The notes below the pieces were generated by a model, which saw only the letters and a list, made by a program, of their open reading frames with translations, had not been told where the DNA came from and ran no database searches. From a virus, in the IMG/VR virus record IMGVR_UViG_3300042887_000976, positions 1 through 64,000 of that record: DNA of 64,000 nt; one strand, written 5' to 3'. This document shows, piece by piece, positions 8,077 to 16,036 of this stretch; within the stretch, counting starts at the first letter, position 1, and every line of letters begins with the position of its first letter. Both the position numbers and the translations under genes were made by a program.

Positions 8077-8429
8077 CAGAATGGTGCCTTAATAATTGTA
8101 ATTTCGTATCCTTCGGATTCAAGAGCCGTTTCTAAAATCTCCCAGCCGTATTGCGTGGAGACTTCTCGTAGGGGCTTTGAAACTTTCTGTAATGCCTCAA
8201 GAGCCTCTTCGTATGTCAAATGCATTGACAATGTTTGTACATCTTCTGCATCCCAAGAGATGTGAACTTGGTCGGGGTTACGGTACTCAAGAACTGGTAT
8301 ACCTACTGATTCGGCATAATCCATAAAGGCTTCCTCTTCGTCAAAGTCAGTATTGGAATCGTCAACGATTACACAGTTCTCTGCGTCTACTAATGTGCCT
8401 GATTGGATGTCTAAAATCCACTTACTCAT
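8076..8429 (-). CDS. Hypothetical protein
   Basis: MSKWILD start after AGGAGG; ISWDAEDV...LTYEEA pattern. Confidence 0.7.
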   Translation of the reverse strand: MSKWILDIQSGTLVDAENCVIVDDSNTDFDEEEAFMDYAESVGIPVLEYRNPDQVHISWDAEDVQTLSMHLTYEEALEALQKVSKPLREVSTQYGWEILETALESEGYEITIIKAPF

Positions 8430-8727
8430 CTTTGTCCTCCTGTTGGTCAAGATATTGAGATACTACAGTTGTGAGATGTTCAATCACAACCTGTGAAGCC
8501 GACATAAGAATGTCATGCAAATCAATGGTGTCACGAATTGTTTCAAGTTCAGTTTCTGTAATGGGGTGCCCTGCAACTTCATGGAATACTGCGCTGATGT
8601 CTAAATCACCAAACACCAATCCTTGCCAGTTGAACTGCTCACAGAGTTTGTCAAAAACATTGAAGCCAACAAACTCGTCATCGTCAAGGTTTGTAATAAA
8701 TCGTGCAATCTGCTGTGATGTTGTCAT
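8422..8727 (-). CDS. Hypothetical protein
   Basis: Coupled ORF. Confidence 0.65.
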   Translation of the reverse strand: MTTSQQIARFITNLDDDEFVGFNVFDKLCEQFNWQGLVFGDLDISAVFHEVAGHPITETELETIRDTIDLHDILMSASQVVIEHLTTVVSQYLDQQEDKDE

Positions 8728-9032
8728 TACTTGCTCAAATCAATCTTTACATAAGTTTCTGTAATGATATTTTCACCATCGTAAAGGTAAGCAGTTACAT
8801 ACATGGTTGGCTTTTGGTCACTTGGGTAATCCATTTGATTACCGTCTGTATAGTAATTGAGGTCGGTGACTACATCAAATGAATCCCACTGGTCAACTTC
8901 AGGGAACCAACTTTTGTTTTCTTTGTCCCACACTTCGGGGTCTTTGCGCATCTTCCACACAGCCTTTAAACATTTACTGCGAATCTCTGTGTAATTTTGT
9001 GCAATGTGTTCGTAGAACTCTTGTGCTTGCAT
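8727..9032 (-). CDS. Hypothetical protein
   Basis: Coupled ORF. Confidence 0.65.
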   Translation of the reverse strand: MQAQEFYEHIAQNYTEIRSKCLKAVWKMRKDPEVWDKENKSWFPEVDQWDSFDVVTDLNYYTDGNQMDYPSDQKPTMYVTAYLYDGENIITETYVKIDLSK

Positions 9033-9034
9033 GA

Positions 9035-9322
9035 CTAATTACCTGCCTTGAAATTGGTTGCCCATTCTGTTCCATTGATTTCTGTCAGAAGGCGCATAAA
9101 GTTATACAGATGCACACCTCGTGCGTCTTCAATCATCTCTACGACATCTTCTCGTGGTGCGTACTCGTACTGTTCCCAAATCAAGGGTGCGTTAGAGCCA
9201 GCCTCTACGAGTGCGAGGATGTCACTGAGGATAAAACCATTATCCATCAGTTCTTCTACATTGCAAAGATGGTGTTCTAAAGAACAGAACAGTGCGTAAT
9301 CCTGTAATTGCTGATAATTCAT
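9035..9322 (-). CDS. Hypothetical protein
   Basis: AGGAGG RBS. Confidence 0.65.
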   Translation of the reverse strand: MNYQQLQDYALFCSLEHHLCNVEELMDNGFILSDILALVEAGSNAPLIWEQYEYAPREDVVEMIEDARGVHLYNFMRLLTEINGTEWATNFKAGN

Positions 9323-9350
9323 TGTTTGTTGCCTCCTGTTGGCGTTGTTG

Positions 9351-9761
9351 TCAGACTACCCACACATATGGCAAATCACTCACCACATTGGGATAAAAGT
9401 TTCTGTAATGTTCGGGGAACTTTGCAACGAGGTTAGAACGATGTGATTCAATGATGTCAGTGCGTCCCCACCAGTCGGGAAGGTCATTCGCATCGGGTCG
9501 TATTAACTCTTGCATTTTATAAGCACAAGTATCTTTGTAACCTTTGGCAGTCCATGCGTCACACATTGCGAGACCATAAGCGCAGAGACCTGCTTCGTGA
9601 CCTGCCCACATCTTTGATGCTGGATGGTTGACCCATCCTTTGGTGAGCCCAAGGTTGGCACGCAAGATTTGTAATACTTCTACACGCTGTTTACCAAGAC
9701 GCTTGTAGTCAAGAACTAAAGCAATGTCTGCAAAAGTGCGTTCGGGTACAAAAGTTTGCAT
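9351..9761 (-). CDS. Pyrimidine-dimer DNA glycosylase / endonuclease V-like (MSMEG_6728 family)
   Basis: MQTF.P...LD.KRLGKQRVE.LQI, W.NHPA..MW.G, P.W.G....H.SH.SNL..K.PEHY, LPYVW. Confidence 0.85.
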   Translation of the reverse strand: MQTFVPERTFADIALVLDYKRLGKQRVEVLQILRANLGLTKGWVNHPASKMWAGHEAGLCAYGLAMCDAWTAKGYKDTCAYKMQELIRPDANDLPDWWGRTDIIESHRSNLVAKFPEHYRNFYPNVVSDLPYVWVV

Positions 9762-10111
9762 CAGTCCACCATCTCATCTTTGGTGACTGCCATGTGGACG
9801 ATGTTGTCCTCATACGCAAGTTCGTAAATAAACTCGTATGGTTCTGAGAGGTCAATAAACCACTCTTCACCAATGTCAAAAGCATTGACATAGTTTTTTT
9901 CTATCGCTTTATGTAATGACTCTTGTTGAGCATCATCTAAATAAAAGAAGATGTTGTCATCACGGACTCCGTAGATGTCCTCTTCGGCTGGTTGTCCTTC
10001 GTGGTTCAACAACTCTTCACTAAATGAGAAGTAAAAGTAATCTTGGCTATCAGGGCTGTCCTTCCAACAGACAGTCCCTTCAAATCCAATCGGTTTGTGT
10101 GTCAACATCAA
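9761..10111 (-). CDS. Hypothetical acidic protein
   Basis: Coupled ORF. Confidence 0.65.
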   Translation of the reverse strand: MMLTHKPIGFEGTVCWKDSPDSQDYFYFSFSEELLNHEGQPAEEDIYGVRDDNIFFYLDDAQQESLHKAIEKNYVNAFDIGEEWFIDLSEPYEFIYELAYEDNIVHMAVTKDEMVD

Positions 10112-10125
10112 AATGGTTCCTTTTC

Positions 10126-10752
10126 TTAATTAGAGTTTGTGTAATGTTTGTTTGCCATAAACAACACATACTCGGCATGAATCGTATCGCTGTTTTTTAC
10201 TTTCCACTCTTCGTACTTGTCCATAGATTCACAATCGTCCCAATCAATCGGATGTGGGTAATTGCAAGGCTCGTACATGGATTCAAAGATGATGTTGCCG
10301 TTATGAAATACATGAAGACCTGAGAAGAATCCAGCCTCTTCGTCATAGTCAAAAGTAAAATACAAAGATGGAAACATTTGAGAGACTTTGAGAAAGCCTG
10401 TGTCAGCACAAGACCAAGCAGTTTGGTATTGAATGATGACTTCCCACACACCAAAAGAGTCTTCAGAAACTGGTTGGATGTCTGTATCACAGTCACCCCA
10501 TTTGCTACCCCAGTTATCATAAGCCCAGTCGTACCAATCTTTGTGACCATACTTGGCAATGTTGGACTCTTTTTGCTTACGGTGTTCTTCTGCCTTGTCT
10601 TCGGGGACAGAGCCTGCAACAGTGTTTTGAAGTTCTTCAGGACATGGCACATAAGATTGAAGAATCTTTGAGTCAGTTATCCCATCAATGAAACGATGTA
10701 CTTCTTCTTTGGAGCCTTTGACGCTCAGTGTGGTTGATACCCAGTTTGGCAT
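10126..10752 (-). CDS. DUF1281/YubB ferredoxin-like domain protein
   Basis: MPNW, DWYDW...NWG.KW, TAWS, Y.EE.G.F.G motifs. Confidence 0.8.
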   Translation of the reverse strand: MPNWVSTTLSVKGSKEEVHRFIDGITDSKILQSYVPCPEELQNTVAGSVPEDKAEEHRKQKESNIAKYGHKDWYDWAYDNWGSKWGDCDTDIQPVSEDSFGVWEVIIQYQTAWSCADTGFLKVSQMFPSLYFTFDYDEEAGFFSGLHVFHNGNIIFESMYEPCNYPHPIDWDDCESMDKYEEWKVKNSDTIHAEYVLFMANKHYTNSN

Positions 10753-10754
10753 TT

Positions 10755-10928
10755 TTATCCCTCTTCTTCTTCGTCAGATTCTGTAATGTCTTCTACATCA
10801 ATGGAGTAGACCTCGCTGTATTGGATGTATTCTTCCCAATTCCAACCTTGGTTGGTTGCGTCTTCCTCGTTGTCGCATTCCACTTCGTATTCCAAGTCAA
10901 CACGAACATATACTTTGTAAGTTGCCAT
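10755..10928 (-). CDS. Small acidic phage protein
   Basis: MATYKVYVRV..EYEVE.D.EEDA; GAGGAGG RBS. Confidence 0.65.
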   Translation of the reverse strand: MATYKVYVRVDLEYEVECDNEEDATNQGWNWEEYIQYSEVYSIDVEDITESDEEEEG

Positions 10929-10930
10929 GA

Positions 10931-11113
10931 TTAGTCCTCCTCGTACAAGGTAATTTCCCATGGGCTGTCCCAGCCCACAGAACCATCTGAATCTTCTGTG
11001 ATGAGTTGGTCATCATCATAAGAGTAATAAACTGCCTCGGCTTCTTCGGCTGAGTTTGCTTCAACCACATACATATGGTTAACAGTTTCAGTTACATAAA
11101 TTGCATATTTCAT
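10931..11113 (-). CDS. Small acidic phage protein (DpnD/PcfM-like)
   Basis: MKYAIYVTETV....VVEANSAEEA; AAAGGA RBS. Confidence 0.6.
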   Translation of the reverse strand: MKYAIYVTETVNHMYVVEANSAEEAEAVYYSYDDDQLITEDSDGSVGWDSPWEITLYEED

Positions 11114-11139
11114 GTTGGGTTCCTTTCTTCCCTGCCGAT

Positions 11140-11168
11140 AGAGTACAACCACCACAAACAAAAAGCAA
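11140..11168 (-). promoter_or_regulatory. SigA-type promoter, divergent from the whiB-like gene
   Basis: TTGCTT-17bp-TACTCT; no 13-mer adjacent. Confidence 0.6.
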
Positions 11169-11186
11169 CAATTATTTTGGAGGAAT

Positions 11187-11495
11187 ATGACCGTAGAGCA
11201 AATTGAATACAATATGTTGAAATCACCTGACAATGGTGCATGGCGTGACCATGCATTGTGTGCTGGTATGGGCAACACTCACTTTTTTGAGTTTGGTGCT
11301 GGGCGCACTGTCAAAACAGTGGCGTTAAGTATTGCCAAGGCAGTTGACACTTGTGCTGAATGCCCCGTGACAGTTGAGTGTTTGCGCTTTGCAGTAGACA
11401 ATGACATCAAGCATGGTATTTGGGGTGGGTTGATGCCTAAAGAGCGTAAGGGTCTTCTAAAGAGTTTCTGTAATGTTTCAGAGCAAAGCGTTTAG
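11187..11495 (+). CDS. whiB: WhiB-family transcriptional regulator
   Basis: W...ALC...FF...C..CPV..EC...A......GIWGGL...ER; GGAGG RBS. Confidence 0.92.
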   Translation: MTVEQIEYNMLKSPDNGAWRDHALCAGMGNTHFFEFGAGRTVKTVALSIAKAVDTCAECPVTVECLRFAVDNDIKHGIWGGLMPKERKGLLKSFCNVSEQSV

Positions 11496-12563
11496 GTAAG
11501 AGTTAAAGGTATCAGCACCTACGAGGATGTCTCTTGACCAAGAGGCTTCTCGTAGTGCTTGCCCTTCTTCTGCACGAACCTTTGGGTCACATAATGCTGT
11601 GATGTGCTTCTGCCATTCTTTTGCTTTGTTCTTTTTGGCAACTCTGCCAACTCCCCAAAGTTTCTGTAATGTCTCATAAGCAGGTAACCCCGATGCAACC
11701 CACGGAATACCTGAAGCAGAGTATTCAAGAATCTTGATGTCAGACTTAGCATGATTGAATGGGGTGTCCCGTAGAGGTGCAATACCAATATCCATTGTGA
11801 GTAAGTTTGGATAATCTTCAGGGTCAGTTGCTGGGAGCGAAGTTACAGAAGTTTCTGTAATGTTCCATTTGGATGCAAGCGAAGGTGCATTGGGGTGCGC
11901 ACCACTATGCTGGAGAGAGATTAAACCAAGTTTCTGTAATGGTGGGATAGTGCCAGCAACAGTTTCAAGGTCACCACTTCTGTGGTTGGTTGAGCCCACC
12001 CATCCAACAATTGGTTTAGTTTCTGTAATGTGTTCGTGGATATTGAATCGCTTTACATCAACAGTATTCAGTAACACATCTATGGGTGGACAATTACTAA
12101 ACATTTTTAGTAGTCGGTCTCTTAGGTACGGTGTGGATACGGTTATTCTGTCGCTTGTAGCAAGTACCTTTTTGTAATGATTGGTGTTTTCGTTTGGGCT
12201 GGTTTTTGGGTGACTTGCAGCAAAAGCAAGGTTGGTTGTGTCCAGTCCCCAGTACCAGTCATCAAGGTCATTGATAATAATCTGACCCGCTTTCTGTGCC
12301 AACTTCATGTGTTCAGGAAGGGTGTCATGCATTAGTCGTTGCATGATAATGATGTCAACATCATGGAGCGTAGAATCTCCATCGGTTTGTATAGAGAAGT
12401 GCGTTCTGTTCCATACAAGAGTCCCAATAAAAGTATCGGTTTCTAGCAAGGGTTCGTACTGTCCTAGTCGTACCCAACCTGCACCACCCCAATGGCTTTT
12501 GTTATCAGGTGACCTCTGTGGTGGGACTCTGTCCCCGCTGGCTATTCCCAGTTTCAACTTCAA
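11478..12563 (-). CDS. Glycosyltransferase (GT-B, GT4-like)
   Basis: IIMQR, DLDD, ITVSTP.L, VGWVGS..H..DL, DIGIAPL....FN..KS.IK.LEY.A.G.P.VAS. Confidence 0.85.
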   Translation of the reverse strand: MKLKLGIASGDRVPPQRSPDNKSHWGGAGWVRLGQYEPLLETDTFIGTLVWNRTHFSIQTDGDSTLHDVDIIIMQRLMHDTLPEHMKLAQKAGQIIINDLDDWYWGLDTTNLAFAASHPKTSPNENTNHYKKVLATSDRITVSTPYLRDRLLKMFSNCPPIDVLLNTVDVKRFNIHEHITETKPIVGWVGSTNHRSGDLETVAGTIPPLQKLGLISLQHSGAHPNAPSLASKWNITETSVTSLPATDPEDYPNLLTMDIGIAPLRDTPFNHAKSDIKILEYSASGIPWVASGLPAYETLQKLWGVGRVAKKNKAKEWQKHITALCDPKVRAEEGQALREASWSRDILVGADTFNSYLNALL

Positions 12564-12721
12564 TTAATTTCCTCGTTTTATTAGCGTGCTTTGAGCAAGG
12601 GTGTGTAGGATTTTCTGTAACGGGTACGAATACTGTCAGTGTGACATTACATGAGTCGCATTTATATGTCTTCCTATACATAAGTACTAGTCTAGATTAT
12701 TTAGTCGGTTTCTGTCAACAG

Positions 12722-13279
12722 TTACTTATCTGTTTCTGTGTACTTGTCCCTGAGTGGTTTGCGTGTCTTCCAATTAACACAATTCTTTCCCCACTTTGTC
12801 ATGTTCCTCCAACCTTGGGCTGGACGGAAAAAAGGCTCATTGTTTAATTTGTCGTCCAATGTAATGTACTCATTTGTTGTTTGGTACCCAAAAAAAGCAA
12901 TACGGTTACCAACAATAATTTGTTCTTCTTTGGTGGCTTTCTTTGCTGTCTTTGCAAACTCCCATCCACCGTAACCCTTCCAAGTAGATTGGGCAATCCC
13001 AAGACCACCTGCGTAATAACCACCGTCTTTCCAATCATGGTTGGTTTCACACCAAGAGACTGCTTCCCAAAACTTTATTGAGCCAGCCTTCCGTGTCTGT
13101 AATTGTGCAAAAAGTTCAGGGTGGATTATTTTGACACTTGCAGTGTGTACGAGAATTGCAGGAATAGTGGTTACAACAGTTGTTGTACTCGCCTCTGGCG
13201 CATCACCTCCTGTTGTTGTTAGGGCACCAAAAGTGGTGGTAACTGAAAGGGTGAGTGCGGTAAGAAGGCGATAAACCAT
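12722..13279 (-). CDS. Resuscitation-promoting factor (Rpf)-type transglycosylase with signal peptide
   Basis: Hydrophobic N-terminus, Thr-rich linker, then W.A...CE...W....YYAGGL.....TW..YGG.EFA.....AT.EEQI. Confidence 0.8.
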   Translation of the reverse strand: MVYRLLTALTLSVTTTFGALTTTGGDAPEASTTTVVTTIPAILVHTASVKIIHPELFAQLQTRKAGSIKFWEAVSWCETNHDWKDGGYYAGGLGIAQSTWKGYGGWEFAKTAKKATKEEQIIVGNRIAFFGYQTTNEYITLDDKLNNEPFFRPAQGWRNMTKWGKNCVNWKTRKPLRDKYTETDK

Positions 13280-13301
13280 TTTTCTCCAATGTCCATACAA
13301 T

Positions 13302-13365
13302 AAAAAAGACCCCGTACCAATTGAGTACTGGAGGTACTCGGAGGTGAATCCTTGGTATGGGGTCT
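13302..13365 (-). terminator. Branched hairpin with U-tract between the whiB-like and rpf-like genes
   Basis: AGACCCCATACCAA...TTGGTACGGGGTCT-TTTTT enclosing GAGTAC-5nt-GTACTC. Confidence 0.65.
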
Positions 13366-13382
13366 GTCTACAGGTTACAGGG

Positions 13383-13793
13383 TTATTGGTTGAAAAGCAA
13401 GAACCTCAGGATATCTAAATCACCCAATTCTTCGGTCATAAGTGGCACCGAATTAATATTCAAAGTTTCATGCTTGGTTTCTGCAACAGCATTGCAATCT
13501 GTGCATCGGCAACCTTGTCGGTAACGCACCCAAGTACCGTGTGACCTTATGGCACTTGGTTTTGGTGTCTTATTGGTAATGACTGTCCGTTCTAGGGGGG
13601 TCAGTCCACCCCACATTCCCCAAGTTTCTGTAGTGCCTGCGTCTAAGCATTCTTTCCATACAGGGCATCTACGACACACTTCTCGTGCAACTCCATAGTA
13701 TTTGTCAGGGTTGTCGGTATCTAATGGGGGGTACCAAATATCAATATGTCGGTTTTTACAAAGACTCTTAGAAATCCATTGTGGTGTGTCCAC
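13383..13793 (-). CDS. whiB: WhiB-family regulator with C-terminal HGT..Y..GCRC..C domain
   Basis: W....LC...C..CPV..EC......WGMWGGLT..ER. Confidence 0.9.
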   Translation of the reverse strand: MDTPQWISKSLCKNRHIDIWYPPLDTDNPDKYYGVAREVCRRCPVWKECLDAGTTETWGMWGGLTPLERTVITNKTPKPSAIRSHGTWVRYRQGCRCTDCNAVAETKHETLNINSVPLMTEELGDLDILRFLLFNQ

Positions 13794-14104
13794 TACTCAT
13801 CTTGCCTAACTACACAGTCCCATCCAAGACCTGTGTATCCCCCAAGGTCAGCCCAATGGTCTCTTTTTTCAGGAGACCACGAGATTCGTGCAATCTTTAA
13901 CAAGTCCATCATGACTGCTATGTCATGTGGCTTTATGTCAAAACCACCACGTGCCTCTATGGTGCGTTCAAGGTACGTCTGCCAAAATGTAGCGGTCGTT
14001 TGAAAATCATATATTGGGTCACCGTAAGCATCGTTACGGTCACCATTAATGAGATTAATTGACTCTTTAAGTATGTCTGTACGGTGATTATCTATAGTTG
14101 TCAT
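13793..14104 (-). CDS. DUF6378-like phage protein
   Basis: INGDR...YGDP...F...A..W..YL...D.A.MM.LLKIAR.......D.W.D..GY. Confidence 0.8.
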   Translation of the reverse strand: MTTIDNHRTDILKESINLINGDRNDAYGDPIYDFQTTATFWQTYLERTIEARGGFDIKPHDIAVMMDLLKIARISWSPEKRDHWADLGGYTGLGWDCVVRQDE

Positions 14105-14807
14105 TAGGCCATGTCCACTTGCTTGATTTCTTTGCGTGAGGGTTTGTGTCTTTGTAAATCTGTGTGTAGGTGCTTGTTGGGTTTTTATTGGGTTCCCAAA
14201 TAATGTGTGACTTTGATTTTGGTGCTACGGGTAACTCAATAAGTACCTTTTGGGCTTCATTGATTGTTACAACTTTTTTAGCAAAATCTAAAAGGTCGGT
14301 TACTCTGCGTGCGTACACTTGTTCGTTCCATGGCTGTGTACGAAGGAATGAAATAACTCCTGCACGGTCATATTGGGTGTAATACAAAGGATAGTCGTCT
14401 ATTGCGGCACATTCGTCTGTCGCAAATGCTTTTAAAATACCTTTGTTTGTACCAAAATGTAGGCTGTCAGGATAAAACCCAAAGCGTTCTAGCCAGTGAA
14501 TAGTTTGTTCATAAGAAACAGAACCTCTGTGGGTCAGCAAATGAATTTTTATGTTGTTTTCCTTCAGAAGGTTCCAACCTTCAACAGTGTTGTCCATAGG
14601 AGCATCACAATTAAACAATTGTGCTTTCTGCACACCTTCTACAAGCCATTCATCAAACTGTTGGTCTGTCAAACCCCACTCTTTATAAAAATCCCATGTA
14701 GTAGGTAAGGGCAGTTCTTTGCCCATCTTAGTTTGAGCGTATGCATGAAACACTTTGGCAAAGTCGTATATGACTCCGTCCATATCAATTCCAACATCAG
14801 TAATCAC
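14088..14807 (-). CDS. HAD-family 5'(3')-deoxyribonucleotidase
   Basis: GIDMDGVIYDF, LTHR, K, IDD, PWN motifs. Confidence 0.85.
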   Translation of the reverse strand: MITDVGIDMDGVIYDFAKVFHAYAQTKMGKELPLPTTWDFYKEWGLTDQQFDEWLVEGVQKAQLFNCDAPMDNTVEGWNLLKENNIKIHLLTHRGSVSYEQTIHWLERFGFYPDSLHFGTNKGILKAFATDECAAIDDYPLYYTQYDRAGVISFLRTQPWNEQVYARRVTDLLDFAKKVVTINEAQKVLIELPVAPKSKSHIIWEPNKNPTSTYTQIYKDTNPHAKKSSKWTWPNDNYR

Positions 14808-15837
14808 TGAGCCACCTCTTATTCTCATCACGGGTTACCCACGCTACGGTTTTTTCTAGAGCAGTTTCAAGATTAAAAGGTGGTTTCCACCCTGCGTTAT
14901 GAATCTTGGAAGAATCCAAAGCGTAACGATGGTCATGACCTGGGCGTGTTGAATGGTAATCCACCCAGTCAATCTCACAGGCAGTATTAAGGATGTCCGA
15001 GATAATCTCAGTCATCTCAAGTACAGACTTTTCTTCACCAGCGACATTCCAACGGTTTGGTTTCTGAGTTTCTACAGAGTTTTTGTAACGTACTGCTGGT
15101 GCTTGTGTAAGAACCCACAATAAAGCATCGGCGTGGTTACGGGCATGAAGCCAATGGCGCTCGGATGCTTGCCAGTTTGGAAACCCATCTGTAAGACCAT
15201 GATAAATACCATGAAGTTCTACAGAGGTTCCATTTGCAATAGAACGAATAGTTTTTGGAAGGAACTTCTCAGGATGTTGGCGTTCTCCAAACAGGTTCAT
15301 TGTGTTGGTAATGGTCAATGGAAGACCATAAGTGCGCCAGTATGAAATACCAATTGCTTCTTGACCAACCTTGCTGGCTGCATAAGGGTTGGAAGGGAGC
15401 ATGGGGTCAAGCCATTCTTGGTGGGCGTGCCCTGCTGGTGCGGCTCCATAAACTTCATCTGTTGAAATCTGAACAAAGTGCTCTAAGTTGTCATGAGTGC
15501 GTGCCCATTCATACATGTTGAGTGACCCAATAACGTTGTTATGGATGAAAGGTGCTGGGTCAGTAATACTGCGGTCAACATGGGATTCAGACGCAAGGTG
15601 TAAAACATGCGTAATATCCTTCAGTTTTTCAGAAACAGGTTGTAAAGGTGCCCTTAGGTCGTGCCACATAATTTTTACTCGGTTTGAGTCGTAATTATGG
15701 ATATCCAGAACTCTGTCTACTTTACCCGCATAGGTCAGCGAATCAAGTACCAAAATTTCACTATCGGTATTGGTAAGGAGGTGTTCAATAAGGTGATGCC
15801 CAGCAAAGCCGCATCCCCCAGTTACTAGGATTTTCAT
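14797..15837 (-). CDS. rfbB: dTDP-glucose 4,6-dehydratase
   Basis: VTGGCGFAG, D.LTYAG, HLASESHVDRSI, ISTDEVYG, PYAASK, RPGHD.RYALD. Confidence 0.92.
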   Translation of the reverse strand: MKILVTGGCGFAGHHLIEHLLTNTDSEILVLDSLTYAGKVDRVLDIHNYDSNRVKIMWHDLRAPLQPVSEKLKDITHVLHLASESHVDRSITDPAPFIHNNVIGSLNMYEWARTHDNLEHFVQISTDEVYGAAPAGHAHQEWLDPMLPSNPYAASKVGQEAIGISYWRTYGLPLTITNTMNLFGERQHPEKFLPKTIRSIANGTSVELHGIYHGLTDGFPNWQASERHWLHARNHADALLWVLTQAPAVRYKNSVETQKPNRWNVAGEEKSVLEMTEIISDILNTACEIDWVDYHSTRPGHDHRYALDSSKIHNAGWKPPFNLETALEKTVAWVTRDENKRWLSDY

Positions 15838-16036
15838 TTAATATTCCTCTTCAGGGTCTTGTGATTCTATGTATTCAGCAAAGATGTCCCAAAGGTCATC
15901 ATTTGTAGGGTTTAGAGACATGTATCTAAGGGTACTGAGAATCTTCCAAAGAAGATAAGTGTTAAATACTAATAAACCAATTATTATCATTTTATGCTCC
16001 AAACTCAGTTGATTTTAGGTGGTACTTATGGTTATG

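Larger units (their letters stand above)
235..12030 (-). repeat. Dispersed asymmetric 13-bp motif CATTACA(G/C)AAACT (AGTTTSTGTAATG on +)
   Basis: Exact copies start at 235, 2545, 3342, 3845, 4278, 4683, 4752, 5212, 5948, 6259, 6527, 7274, 8551, 8754, 9398, 10134, 11463, 11659, 11850, 11929, 12018; opposite orientation at 1252, 1363; 1-2 mismatch copies at 4228, 5436, 5824, 6898, 7732, 8182, 10776. Confidence 0.95.

Noticed and set aside
235-12030. 13-mer repeats as a CRISPR array
   Set aside because: Too short, irregularly spaced (tens of bp to over 1 kb) and embedded in coding sequence; no cas operon
13285-13380. c-di-AMP (ydaO) riboswitch upstream of rpf
   Set aside because: Too short and lacks the consensus on the sense strand; the only partial match (GGTGAATC) is antisense
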